Virus record (IMG/VR): IMGVR_UViG_3300047550_003635
Source of the DNA: a virus
Direction: 5' to 3' (one strand)
DNA: 64,000 nucleotides
The position numbers were made by a program, and so were the translations under genes. The notes below the pieces were generated by a model that saw nothing but the letters and a program-made list of their open reading frames with translations, was not told the origin of the DNA and made no database searches. Numbering within the stretch: the stretch's first letter is position 1; every line of letters begins with the position of its first letter. Below, one piece after another: positions 1-8,607 of this stretch.

Positions 1-43
1 AATTTATAGATGATGTGAATGATGTATTTGAAAATGGAAAATA

Positions 44-379
44 ATGGCTTCAATACCTAATAATTTTAACGAATCTTTTGGTATTAATGTATCAACAATT
101 CCTGATTATATTATAAAAGGAGAAATGATTACTGCAAGTCATGTTATTGATATTAATAAGATTAGTCAATTTTCTGGCTCAACATTAAACAATGTTGAAT
201 ATGAAATAAAAAAACAGTTAACGGCATCTTTGGTCGAAGAAATGTTTAAGAGCAAATATATTTTGTTTACCAAAGTTCAAGATGTCACAACATATCAAGA
301 TAAATATATGGCAAGAGTATTTGTTACACCAAGTGAGCAAGTTCAAATAATTAGAGATTTAAGTAGATTTAAGTTCTAA
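44..379 (+). CDS. hypothetical protein
   Basis: 111-aa ORF on the coding strand; its start overlaps the upstream stop (TAATG). Confidence 0.6.
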   Translation: MASIPNNFNESFGINVSTIPDYIIKGEMITASHVIDINKISQFSGSTLNNVEYEIKKQLTASLVEEMFKSKYILFTKVQDVTTYQDKYMARVFVTPSEQVQIIRDLSRFKF

Positions 380-401
380 TAAAAAATAAAGTGAATTTAT
401 A

Positions 402-1250
402 ATGATTATTTTTGATTACAATCAAGTAGCTATTTCAAATCTGATGCAACAAATCGGTTCTTCAAAAGGACCTGTTGATGAAGCATTGGTAAGACATATG
501 ATTTTGAATACAATCAGAACATATGTTAAAAAATTCAGAGAAACTCATGGACCTGAGATTGTTATTGCTTGTGATAGCAAAAACTATTGGCGTCGTGATG
601 TTTTCAAATACTATAAAGCCAGTCGTAAAAAAGCACGTGAAACTTCTGGTCATGATTGGAATTCTATTTTTGAATGTTTGAACAAGATTCGTGATGAATT
701 GAAAGAGCATTCACCATATAAAGTTATAGATTATGAAACATGTGAAGCCGATGATGTTATCGCTACACTTACCATGAAATTTGCATCTACGCAAAAAATC
801 ATGATTCTTTCTTCGGATAAAGATTTTGCTCAACTTCAACGTTTTCCAAATGTTGAACAATATTCTCCTATACTAAAGAAATTTATCAAAGAACCTTTGC
901 CCTTTATGCAATTGAAACAGCTTATCATTCGTGGTGATAAGGGTGATGGTATTCCTAACATTTTATCGAAAGATGATGTGTTTGTTTTAGGTGAACGTTC
1001 AAAAGCAATTACTGAAGCTAAGATTATCAATTGGCTTAATCAAGAACCTAAAGAATTTTGTAATGAAGAAATGCTTAGGAATTATTCGCGCAATGAATCT
1101 ATTATTGACTTGACTAAAATTCCCGAACATCTGGTCCAAGGAATTCTAAATAAGTATGAAAACACTAAGGGTCACACCAAAAGTGAATTTATGAATTACA
1201 TGATAGCAAATCGTTTGAAAAACCTGTTACAAGTTATGGATGAATTTTAA
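402..1250 (+). CDS. rnh: T4-like RNase H (5'-3' exonuclease/flap endonuclease)
   Basis: YWRR..YKA.R, EADD, SSDKDF.QL and GDKGDGIPN motifs of the T4 RNase H/FEN family. Confidence 0.95.
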   Translation: MIIFDYNQVAISNLMQQIGSSKGPVDEALVRHMILNTIRTYVKKFRETHGPEIVIACDSKNYWRRDVFKYYKASRKKARETSGHDWNSIFECLNKIRDELKEHSPYKVIDYETCEADDVIATLTMKFASTQKIMILSSDKDFAQLQRFPNVEQYSPILKKFIKEPLPFMQLKQLIIRGDKGDGIPNILSKDDVFVLGERSKAITEAKIINWLNQEPKEFCNEEMLRNYSRNESIIDLTKIPEHLVQGILNKYENTKGHTKSEFMNYMIANRLKNLLQVMDEF

Positions 1251-1680
1251 TATGTCAGCTACAAAACTATTCTCAGAAATCTTAGATGATTTCACAAAAG
1301 CAACCACAAAAAAAGAACGCATCGAAATATTGCAAAAATATGACCACCCGATGTTTCGTTCATTTTTAATTCTCTCTTTTAACAAAAATATTGAATTTGA
1401 TGTCGAAATACCTCAATATCGTCCAGCACCAGAACCTGCTGGATTGAATTTTACATATCTTGATATGGAAATGGATAAGATTTATAGATTCATTAAAAAT
1501 CACCCAAAGAGAAGTCCTAATTTATCATCAAAAAAACAAAAGTCACTTCTTGTCGTAATTCTTGAATCCTTACATAAAGATGAAGCTGACTTAATGGTTA
1601 AAATGTTCAAGAAAAATCTTGATGTTAAATTTCTAACACCTACTCTTATTAAGGAAGCATATCCAGGCATCAATGTATGA
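1240..1680 (+). CDS. conserved T4-like phage hypothetical protein
   Basis: 146-aa ORF with LESLHKDEA motif, following rnh as in many T4-like phages. Confidence 0.65.
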   Translation: MNFNMSATKLFSEILDDFTKATTKKERIEILQKYDHPMFRSFLILSFNKNIEFDVEIPQYRPAPEPAGLNFTYLDMEMDKIYRFIKNHPKRSPNLSSKKQKSLLVVILESLHKDEADLMVKMFKKNLDVKFLTPTLIKEAYPGINV

Positions 1681-2426
1681 AAGTAGCAGTTGTAACACCA
1701 ACAATTGGTTCTGAACATTTGACACAATGTTTGCAAAGTGTTCAGAATCAAACTTATGAAAATCTTGTTCATTATATTTTTATTGATGGTGAAGAATATT
1801 TCAATAAGATATTGATGATGGGAGTAAAAAATCAAGATAAAAAACAAGTAAAGACTATTGCACTTCAAGATAATATAGGCAAAGGCTGGTATGGACATCG
1901 TGTTTATGCTGCATGTTCATTTTTAGTTAATGCCGATGTTATTTGTTATCTAGATGAAGATAATTGGTATGACCCCGAACATGTTGAAAAGTTGGTTGCA
2001 AAAATTAACGAGGGTAATCAGTGGTCTTATTCATTAAGAAAAATATACGATAAAAAAGGGGATTTTGTTTGTGAAGATAATTGTGAATCGCTTGGTAAAT
2101 GGCCTGTTTACTTTAATGGAAACACTCATCATATTGATACCAGCAGCTTTGCTATTAGGCGTGATATTGCTGTCCATATTGGCCATTCTTGGTATGGACA
2201 GTGGGGCGCAGACCGTCAATTTTATCAAGCCATAAAAAAGTATTTTCCATCATATGACTGCACAGGTTCATATAGTCTCTGTTATAGATTAGACGGCAAT
2301 CCTAATTCGGTAACAGATAAGTTTTTTATTGAAGGTAACGAAGTTCAAAAAAATAAATATAAAGATGGATACCCTTGGCTAAAGAATAATCAACAAATAG
2401 GACCTGGAATAACTTTAATATCATGA
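1677..2426 (+). CDS. glycosyltransferase family 2
   Basis: VAVVTPT..., SVQNQTY and YLDED (DxD) GT-A motifs. Confidence 0.9.
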   Translation: MKVAVVTPTIGSEHLTQCLQSVQNQTYENLVHYIFIDGEEYFNKILMMGVKNQDKKQVKTIALQDNIGKGWYGHRVYAACSFLVNADVICYLDEDNWYDPEHVEKLVAKINEGNQWSYSLRKIYDKKGDFVCEDNCESLGKWPVYFNGNTHHIDTSSFAIRRDIAVHIGHSWYGQWGADRQFYQAIKKYFPSYDCTGSYSLCYRLDGNPNSVTDKFFIEGNEVQKNKYKDGYPWLKNNQQIGPGITLIS

Positions 2427-3361
2427 AAACAGTATTAGTAACTGGAGCCGCTGGTTATCTAGGCTCACATGTTTGTAAAGCACTAAAAAAAGATGACTGG
2501 AAGGTAGTAGGATTTGGTCACAAAAGACATACTTTAAATCCATATATTGATAAAATGATTTATGGTGATGTTAGAAACTATTGTGATATGCAAAATGTTT
2601 TTCAAATGGACGATTATGATGTTGTTGTCCATTTAGCAGGAAGAATAGAATCAGGAATATCTTTTAAAGAACCCACAGAATTCTATTCAGTCAATACAGG
2701 CGGAACATGTAACATTCTAAACGCAATGTGGGAAAAAAATGTTAAGAATGTTGTCTTTTCTTCGACTGCCGCTGTTTATAAAGCAAAAATTGAACCTATC
2801 AAAGAAACAGATGAAATAACAAATAATTCACCTTATGGTTATAGTAAATTGTGTGCTGAACGAGCGATTCGTGCATCCAATTTGAATTATGTTATTTTTA
2901 GATTTTTTAATTTGACTGGTGCAGACCCCGATGGAGAAATGGGTGAAGCACATGAACCAGAAACACATTTAATTCCTAAAATGATTCAGAATTTAAATAA
3001 TTTTGAAATCAATGGTAAAGATTATAAAACACCAGACGGAACATGTATTCGTGATTATGTTCATGTAACTGATGTTGCCAATGCACACGTTTCAGCAGTA
3101 AATCATTTGTATAATGGTAGTGCATCTATTACATTAAATCTGGGAACTGGCAAAGGTCATTCAATTCTGCAAATGCTGCAAGAATTGGAAAAAATTATTG
3201 GTAGAAAAATAGATTATACCGTAAAATCCAGAAGGCAAGGTGATGCAGACAGTTTAGTTGCTGATACTTATCTTGCCAGAAAGATTTTGAGGTATGACCC
3301 AAAACACGATATTAGTTCAATTTTATCAACAGCCTATAAATGGCACACGAAAGGAGAGTAA
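2423..3361 (+). CDS. galE: UDP-glucose 4-epimerase
   Basis: GAAGYLG Rossmann motif, FSSTAAVY, YGYSK, RFFN, GE.HEPETHLIP, DGTCIRDYVHV. Confidence 0.93.
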   Translation: MKTVLVTGAAGYLGSHVCKALKKDDWKVVGFGHKRHTLNPYIDKMIYGDVRNYCDMQNVFQMDDYDVVVHLAGRIESGISFKEPTEFYSVNTGGTCNILNAMWEKNVKNVVFSSTAAVYKAKIEPIKETDEITNNSPYGYSKLCAERAIRASNLNYVIFRFFNLTGADPDGEMGEAHEPETHLIPKMIQNLNNFEINGKDYKTPDGTCIRDYVHVTDVANAHVSAVNHLYNGSASITLNLGTGKGHSILQMLQELEKIIGRKIDYTVKSRRQGDADSLVADTYLARKILRYDPKHDISSILSTAYKWHTKGE

Positions 3362-3370
3362 TTTCTAAGT

Positions 3371-3520
3371 ATGTTTACAAGTAAGAAATATCAAAAGCCA
3401 GTTAGAACCAAGTTTCGCAAAAATAAAGACTTAGATAATGAAAAATTAAAAAATAAAAAGCATCATGACAAATCAACCTGGAGATTGATGCGAGAAGAAA
3501 AGGAAGATTATGTCGTATAA
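3371..3520 (+). CDS. small basic hypothetical protein (49 aa, MFTSKKYQKP...)
   Basis: Hand-translated ORF filling the gap after galE; below the ORF-track cutoff. Confidence 0.55.
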   Translation: MFTSKKYQKPVRTKFRKNKDLDNEKLKNKKHHDKSTWRLMREEKEDYVV

Positions 3521-3677
3521 AGACTTATTGCAAAAACAAATAAAAGAATTAGAAAAGAAAATAGAAACCGCGCAAGAAGATAAAAATGAATTGATTCTTC
3601 AGTTAAATAAACTGAAAATATCTGAATTTGAGGAAGATATGCGTGGCGATTCTACACAGAAATTACTGCTAGAATAG
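3510..3677 (+). CDS. small coiled-coil hypothetical protein (55 aa, MSYKDLLQKQIKELEKK...)
   Basis: Hand-translated ORF with AAGGA SD, overlapping the previous ORF. Confidence 0.6.
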   Translation: MSYKDLLQKQIKELEKKIETAQEDKNELILQLNKLKISEFEEDMRGDSTQKLLLE

Positions 3678-3684
3678 CTAATCG

Positions 3685-3745
3685 TAAGTGCTTGATTTTA
3701 TTGAATAAAAAAGCACTTGACAAACGGAATTAATCATGATAATAT
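3685..3745 (+). promoter_or_regulatory. sigma70-type early promoter with upstream IHF-consensus site
   Basis: TTGACA 3717-3722, 17-bp spacer, TGn-TAATAT 3740-3745; TAAGTGCTTGATT 3685-3697 matches YAANNNNTTGATW. Confidence 0.75.
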
Positions 3746-3751
3746 TGTATC

Positions 3752-4132
3752 ATGATGAATATTCCAGCTATAGGTTCGGTTGTTGAAGTAGTTACGAAAT
3801 TTCGTAATATCAACTATTTTGTGAAAGATGAGTATGAATACAAATCATACAAAGGGCGTATTGTCGCAAATGAGCGATGGGTTGCATCTGACAGTTTCAG
3901 TATTGAAACGGGAAATCCTCATTATCCAATATCAATTATATCCTTACGTAATGTTTCTGATGTAAAAATCATCAAAGGTTACAAAGTTCCTATTCGTAAA
4001 TTCAAAGTGTCAGGAACTAAGGGTGAGTATATTGTTACTCAAAACAATAAACATTTCTCATGCACTTGCATTGGTTTTAAATATCATGCAAAATGTAAAC
4101 ATATTACTTCCGTGAAGATGAAAATAAAATGA
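3752..4132 (+). CDS. SWIM zinc-finger protein
   Basis: C-terminal CTCIGFKYHAKCKH (CxC..CxH). Confidence 0.75.
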   Translation: MMNIPAIGSVVEVVTKFRNINYFVKDEYEYKSYKGRIVANERWVASDSFSIETGNPHYPISIISLRNVSDVKIIKGYKVPIRKFKVSGTKGEYIVTQNNKHFSCTCIGFKYHAKCKHITSVKMKIK

Positions 4133-4479
4133 TTATCTACACTAATACTCCTAAATCTAAAAAACGTAAACCTAACGCCAAGAAACGCGCACTTGCTTCG
4201 TCTTGGCAAGAAATTTTAAATAAACATAAAGTTGGTTATTCTTATACAAAAAAACCAGCTTTTACTGTATATGTTCCACCAAAACCTCGTTGGGTTGAAC
4301 CTGGACGTGATTCCAAAGCATATCCATCAGTGAATACAGACTATCATGATACATCAAAAAAGACACCTCTATTTTATACGGGTGATAAGATGAAAGGTAT
4401 TGGTACCCTTCATAAGAGTAATGCAGTTCCTATTTTTACAGATGAAGAAGCGAAGGACCAAGCAAATATGCGGCGTTAA
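4129..4479 (+). CDS. conserved T4-like hypothetical protein
   Basis: C-terminal GIGTLHKSNAVP motif; ATGA-coupled to the upstream gene. Confidence 0.65.
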   Translation: MIIYTNTPKSKKRKPNAKKRALASSWQEILNKHKVGYSYTKKPAFTVYVPPKPRWVEPGRDSKAYPSVNTDYHDTSKKTPLFYTGDKMKGIGTLHKSNAVPIFTDEEAKDQANMRR

Positions 4480-4483
4480 CCAC

Positions 4484-4512
4484 TTGACAAATAGTAATTA
4501 AAATGTTATAAT
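4484..4512 (+). promoter_or_regulatory. consensus sigma70 early promoter
   Basis: TTGACA 4484-4489, 17 bp, TGn-TATAAT 4507-4512, intergenic. Confidence 0.9.
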
Positions 4513-4544
4513 GAATTATCTCAACTCAAAAAAGGAAATATACT

Positions 4545-4928
4545 ATGGCTCGTATTAAAAAAGGTAGTCTTAAACAGCACGATAAAATTCTGACCATTAT
4601 GTTGGACGGTCAGCCCGTAGCAATCAAACAAATTGAAACTCTCTTGGGTAAAGAAATTGAAATGTATCGTATTTCAGCTTATATGCTAGGAATTAAATAC
4701 GATTATAAGGGCGTTATCAAAACACAAAAGAATGGTCGTAATGTTCTTTCCTATCAACTTGTTAATGCTGATGAAGTTAAGATTGAATTTGAAAAACGCT
4801 ATCCTCAAGCAGCAAAACAAACCATCACAAAGTTGGATGACTTGAACGCAAAGCCTAAAAAAGTCACAAAGCCTAAAAAAGAAAAAGTCGTTGAAGAATT
4901 GAAAGTAGAAGAAATCACCGAAGAATAA
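4545..4928 (+). CDS. early hypothetical protein, possibly DNA-binding
   Basis: AAGGA SD, directly downstream of a consensus promoter; Lys/Glu-rich tail. Confidence 0.65.
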   Translation: MARIKKGSLKQHDKILTIMLDGQPVAIKQIETLLGKEIEMYRISAYMLGIKYDYKGVIKTQKNGRNVLSYQLVNADEVKIEFEKRYPQAAKQTITKLDDLNAKPKKVTKPKKEKVVEELKVEEITEE

Positions 4929-4931
4929 ATC

Positions 4932-5168
4932 ATGGAATTGGACCCTAAAACATTTAAAGTTAGCAGGCATCGTTGGACAAAACGTAATTTTGACCCAACA
5001 AATGCTGAAGATTTGATAGAATATGATTTCTTTCTTAAACAACGGAAATGGCGTATTAATTGTCCGTTCGATTTAGAATGGCCTTTTCTATCTATTCCAG
5101 AAATGATTCAATCTAAATTGATTGATACTTATTTGAATATGATGCTAACTGTAAATGAAAAAATCTGA
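4932..5168 (+). CDS. hypothetical protein
   Basis: 78-aa ORF in a tightly packed operon. Confidence 0.6.
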   Translation: MELDPKTFKVSRHRWTKRNFDPTNAEDLIEYDFFLKQRKWRINCPFDLEWPFLSIPEMIQSKLIDTYLNMMLTVNEKI

Positions 5169-5427
5169 AAAAGAAATTCTTTCTATAACACAGGAAGAAT
5201 GTGCAGAAGTAACACAAGTTATTTCTAAAATTTTTCGATTTGGATGGGATTCATGTCACCCAGACCTTCCTCAAAACAATAAAGAACGTCTTGAGGAAGA
5301 ATTGGGTGACTTAATTTGCATGATTGGTTTGCTTATTGACAAAGGCTATATTAACTGCGATAATGTAGAACAAGCATCCAAAAATAAACTTGAAAAACTT
5401 AAAAAGTGGTCATCTATTTTTGATTAA
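5155..5427 (+). CDS. MazG-like NTP pyrophosphohydrolase
   Basis: EECAEV...LEEELGDL all-alpha NTP-PPase motif. Confidence 0.8.
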   Translation: MKKSEKEILSITQEECAEVTQVISKIFRFGWDSCHPDLPQNNKERLEEELGDLICMIGLLIDKGYINCDNVEQASKNKLEKLKKWSSIFD

Positions 5428-5429
5428 TT

Positions 5430-5990
5430 ATGAATATTTTTTATCTTGATAATGATGTAAAAACTTGCGCTCAATACCATAACGATAAACATTGCGTTAA
5501 AATGATTTTGGAATATTGTCAATTACTTTCAACCGCGCATCGTGTTCTTGATGGTGTTGAAATGCAAATTGTCAGTAAAACTGGGCGCAAAATGAAATGC
5601 TGGTCGCTTTTGGATGACCGTGAACATATTTTGTATAAAGCAACACACATGAATCACCCATCTGCTGTTTGGGTGCGTCAATCGGCAAATAACTATACAT
5701 GGTTGTCTTTTCTACTATCCGAATTGTGCCGCGAATACACTTATCGTTACGGTAAAGTCCATAAATGTGAAGCTACGGGTCTTGTGAATGCTTTGTTTCA
5801 ATGTCCTAAAAATATTCCTGTAAAACATTTTACACAACCTACACCAGCAATGCCTGATGATTGTAAGATTAACGGTGATTCAATTGCATCATATAGAAAT
5901 TACTATATAAACAATAAGACTCACTTGGCAAGTTGGAAAAATCGTAATATTCCTGAATGGTATAAGAATGCCCACATACACGTTTCGTAA
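5430..5990 (+). CDS. pyrimidine-dimer DNA glycosylase (DenV-like family)
   Basis: MNIFYLD, DKHCVKMILEYCQLLSTAHR, NHPSAVW, EYTYRYGKVH, YRNYY. Confidence 0.75.
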   Translation: MNIFYLDNDVKTCAQYHNDKHCVKMILEYCQLLSTAHRVLDGVEMQIVSKTGRKMKCWSLLDDREHILYKATHMNHPSAVWVRQSANNYTWLSFLLSELCREYTYRYGKVHKCEATGLVNALFQCPKNIPVKHFTQPTPAMPDDCKINGDSIASYRNYYINNKTHLASWKNRNIPEWYKNAHIHVS

Positions 5991-6273
5991 TAAAAATACT
6001 GAAGAACAATTTGAAATGTTTATGGGTATTTCAGCAAAAGAAAATTATTTGCTTGAAAATCCTGATATTGAGCAAATCATTGTTGAATGTCCCATGATTG
6101 TTTCTGGTGTTAATTCTGGTGCTAAAGTTCCTTCTGGTTTTAAAGATGTATTGTCTAAAATTTCAGATGCACATCCGCAAAGTCCATTAGCAGAAAAACA
6201 TAAACAAAAATCTATCAAAGAATCAAAGACACGCGATATCATCAAAAAACACGTTAAAAAAATGATTTCTTGA
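5968..6273 (+). CDS. FmdB-like regulatory/zinc-ribbon-derived protein
   Basis: MPTYTF start typical of this family (Cys ligands largely absent). Confidence 0.55.
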   Translation: MPTYTFRNKNTEEQFEMFMGISAKENYLLENPDIEQIIVECPMIVSGVNSGAKVPSGFKDVLSKISDAHPQSPLAEKHKQKSIKESKTRDIIKKHVKKMIS

Positions 6274-6938
6274 TGTTCAATTTTGTAAACTTACCTGAAT
6301 TAGATTTTGACCTTGAAGCGATAACAACAGATACGGGTCGTGTTTATGTTTGTCCTAATGGTGAAAGATATCCATCAGTAACAACAATATTATCTTCATA
6401 TAGCAAAGAAGGTATTCAAGAATGGCGTAATATTGTTGGTGAAGAGGAAGCCAATAAAATAACAAAACGTGCAGGTCGCAGAGGGACGCGATTGCATAAA
6501 TTGTGTGAAGATTATGTGAACGGATTTTTGACCGAATTAAGACAACGTTCAATGATGCCGTTTGACAAAATGATGTTTCGTCAATTGAAGAAATATATTG
6601 ATGAAAATGTGGGTGATATCTATTGTCAAGAGCAGGCACTTTATAGCACAAAATTAAGAATTGCTGGTCGTGTTGATTGTATTGCCGAATGGAAAGGTAA
6701 ATTATCGGTAATTGATTATAAGTCGTCAACGAAAATGAAGGACGAGAGTTATATACTTAATTACTTCATGCAATGCACAGCATATTCGGAAATGTTTGAG
6801 GAGTTGACAGGACGCAGTATTGATGATATAGTAGTTCTTATTGCAACAGAGGAAGAGATTCCACAAGTATTTGAACGTAAGAAAAAAGATTACTTAGACG
6901 AATTAAATAAATACATTAACAATTTTATTGCTGTATGA
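6270..6938 (+). CDS. PD-(D/E)XK exonuclease (RecB/Cas4-like)
   Basis: YPSVTTIL, RGTRLH, AGRVDCI, IDYKSS, YFMQ..AY. Confidence 0.88.
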   Translation: MMFNFVNLPELDFDLEAITTDTGRVYVCPNGERYPSVTTILSSYSKEGIQEWRNIVGEEEANKITKRAGRRGTRLHKLCEDYVNGFLTELRQRSMMPFDKMMFRQLKKYIDENVGDIYCQEQALYSTKLRIAGRVDCIAEWKGKLSVIDYKSSTKMKDESYILNYFMQCTAYSEMFEELTGRSIDDIVVLIATEEEIPQVFERKKKDYLDELNKYINNFIAV

Positions 6939-7263
6939 AGTGAAGTAAAAGGTGTTCTGGACGTGGGTTCGATTCCCACCGTCTCCACCAAAAACATAAG
7001 CAAGAAAAGTATCCTTGAGTGGATATACGATTCTAGTTCGTGGAAGCGGGTAACAGAAAAAAGTGAACCTGAATGGCTACTAGAATGTTTTTGAGGGGGA
7101 CGACCGGTTTCGACAGGGCAAGGAGTAACGGAACAGACAGCACGGTAGGCGATGACCGTAAATCAAGCAAAACTAATAAATGCAAACGAAAGCGTTTATA
7201 AATTAGCAGCCTAAAAACTGCTTAGGGTTTCGGTAACTGTCCTAGTAACAGAATCAGTTACCA
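6928..7263 (+). ncRNA. ssrA: two-piece (circularly permuted) tmRNA, tag (A)ANESVYKLAA
   Basis: Acceptor piece ends with T-arm GTGGGTTCGATTCCCAC and CGTCTCCACCA (CCA 6988-6990). After an approx. 105-nt spacer the coding piece starts GGGGACG (7096), giving a 7-bp acceptor stem with G3.U70. Tag reading frame 7182-7214. Ends are approximate. Confidence 0.93.
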
Positions 7264-7286
7264 CTTTATTAACTAAGGAGAATCAA

Positions 7287-7433
7287 ATGAAATTTATTAC
7301 TACAATTTTCGCAATGTTGTTCGCTGCAAGTGTTTTCGCTGCTGATGCACCTAAGAAAGACGAAGCCAAGAAAGAAGCACCTAAGGCTGAAGCTAAGAAA
7401 GAAGAAGCGAAAAAAGACGCAGCAAAGAAGTAA
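7287..7433 (+). CDS. small secreted Lys/Ala/Glu-rich protein (48 aa)
   Basis: AAGGAG SD; MKFITTIFAMLFAASVFA signal peptide followed by ADAPKKDEAKKEAPKAEAKKEEAKKDAAKK; terminator downstream. Confidence 0.85.
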   Translation: MKFITTIFAMLFAASVFAADAPKKDEAKKEAPKAEAKKEEAKKDAAKK

Positions 7434-7450
7434 TAAGTTTGTTATGGTTT

Positions 7451-7482
7451 TGGCGGGTTATCCAGTAAAACCCGCCATTTTT
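7451..7482 (+). terminator. intrinsic terminator
   Basis: TGGCGGGTT...AACCCGCCA stem followed by a T run. Confidence 0.8.
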
Positions 7483-7493
7483 GAAAGTATATT

Positions 7494-8225
7494 ATGAAGA
7501 TACATATTGGTCCTTATAAAAACTATTTTGGTCCTTATCAACTGGCTGAAGCATTATGTTTTTGGGTTCGTAAAGTTCCCGATGCATATGGCATTTATCG
7601 TAAACCAGAATGGGTTCATAACTTCGGTGAATTTCTTGCATACGGTTCTATCAAGAAAGATGAAGATGTTGAAAAATTCAATGATGACCGAAAAGAAACA
7701 TTAGTATATAAATTTTTGAGTTGGATTGAAAGTAAGCGTAAACGAAAAATAAAAATACATATTGACCGTTATGATACGTGGAACATGGAATCAACATTGG
7801 CATTGATTATTCTACCCATGTTGAAACAATTGAAAAAAGATACTCACGGTGCACCTCTTGTTGAAGATTCTGATGTTCCTGAAGGAATGAATCTTCGTAG
7901 CACCGAAGCAAAACCTAAAGATAATGAATATGATGTTGATGAAAATCATTTCAAACGTTGGAATTGGGTTCTTGATGAATTAATTTGGACATTTGAACAG
8001 TTTCAACCCGATGCTGATTGGGAACAACAGTATTATAGCGGTGAACATGACATGCTTTGGGTTAAAACTGATGAAAAAGATACAAAAGGTGAATCATTTT
8101 ATCGAATGGAAAAAGGACCTAAAGATACATTTAAAATTGACCATGACGGTATGAATAAACATAATGAAAGAATAAATAATGGTCTGCGTCTATTTGGTAA
8201 ATACTATCGCAACTTGTGGGATTAA
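7494..8225 (+). CDS. conserved phage hypothetical protein
   Basis: 243-aa ORF with YDTWNM..TLA.II.PMLKQLK...HGAP and GLRLFGKYY..LWD motifs. Confidence 0.7.
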   Translation: MKIHIGPYKNYFGPYQLAEALCFWVRKVPDAYGIYRKPEWVHNFGEFLAYGSIKKDEDVEKFNDDRKETLVYKFLSWIESKRKRKIKIHIDRYDTWNMESTLALIILPMLKQLKKDTHGAPLVEDSDVPEGMNLRSTEAKPKDNEYDVDENHFKRWNWVLDELIWTFEQFQPDADWEQQYYSGEHDMLWVKTDEKDTKGESFYRMEKGPKDTFKIDHDGMNKHNERINNGLRLFGKYYRNLWD

Positions 8226-8226
8226 C

Positions 8227-8283
8227 TAAATAGAGTATCGGCAACACACACAACGCCGATTAACACACACAAGGAGACACACC
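8227..8283 (+). promoter_or_regulatory. late promoter (TAAATA) plus structured CA-repeat leader
   Basis: ACTAAATA; hairpin ATCGGC/GCCGAT with loop AACACACACAAC; second AACACACACAA abutting the AAGGAG SD. Confidence 0.65.
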
Positions 8284-8556
8284 ATGAGTAATCTAACACC
8301 TTTCGAGATTCGCCTGCAACTTCTACAAATGGCGAAAGATATGCTTGAGCAAGATTACAATGCTCAACGCGAAAAATTAATTTCAGAGTGGCATATTAAA
8401 GTAGAATCTTCCAAAATAAATGGAAGCCCTACACCAGAGCATCCTGCTTTGCCGACATATCCATCTGAAGGCGATATCATAACAAAAGCACAAGCACTAA
8501 ACACATTCGTATCAAATACGAATATTCCAGAAGTGAAAAGCAAGAAATCTACTTAA
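8284..8556 (+). CDS. conserved phage hypothetical protein (TPFEIRL family)
   Basis: Strong SD; has its own promoter and a downstream hairpin. Confidence 0.75.
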   Translation: MSNLTPFEIRLQLLQMAKDMLEQDYNAQREKLISEWHIKVESSKINGSPTPEHPALPTYPSEGDIITKAQALNTFVSNTNIPEVKSKKST

Positions 8557-8564
8557 TGTAATCT

Positions 8565-8586
8565 GAGGGAACTTTCGGGTTCCCTC
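8565..8586 (+). terminator. UUCG-loop hairpin (terminator or processing/stability element)
   Basis: GAGGGAACT-TTCG-GGTTCCCTC; weak U tract. Confidence 0.55.
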
Positions 8587-8607
8587 TCCTAACAAAAAGG
8601 AGAAACA

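Noticed and set aside
6270-6938. Cas4-like nuclease as evidence of a CRISPR system
   Set aside because: Common stand-alone T4-like exonuclease; lacks the Fe-S cysteine set and has no array nearby.
6951-6990. Apparent stand-alone tRNA (T-arm + CCA)
   Set aside because: No D or anticodon arm upstream; it pairs with the downstream GGGGACG and is the tmRNA acceptor piece.
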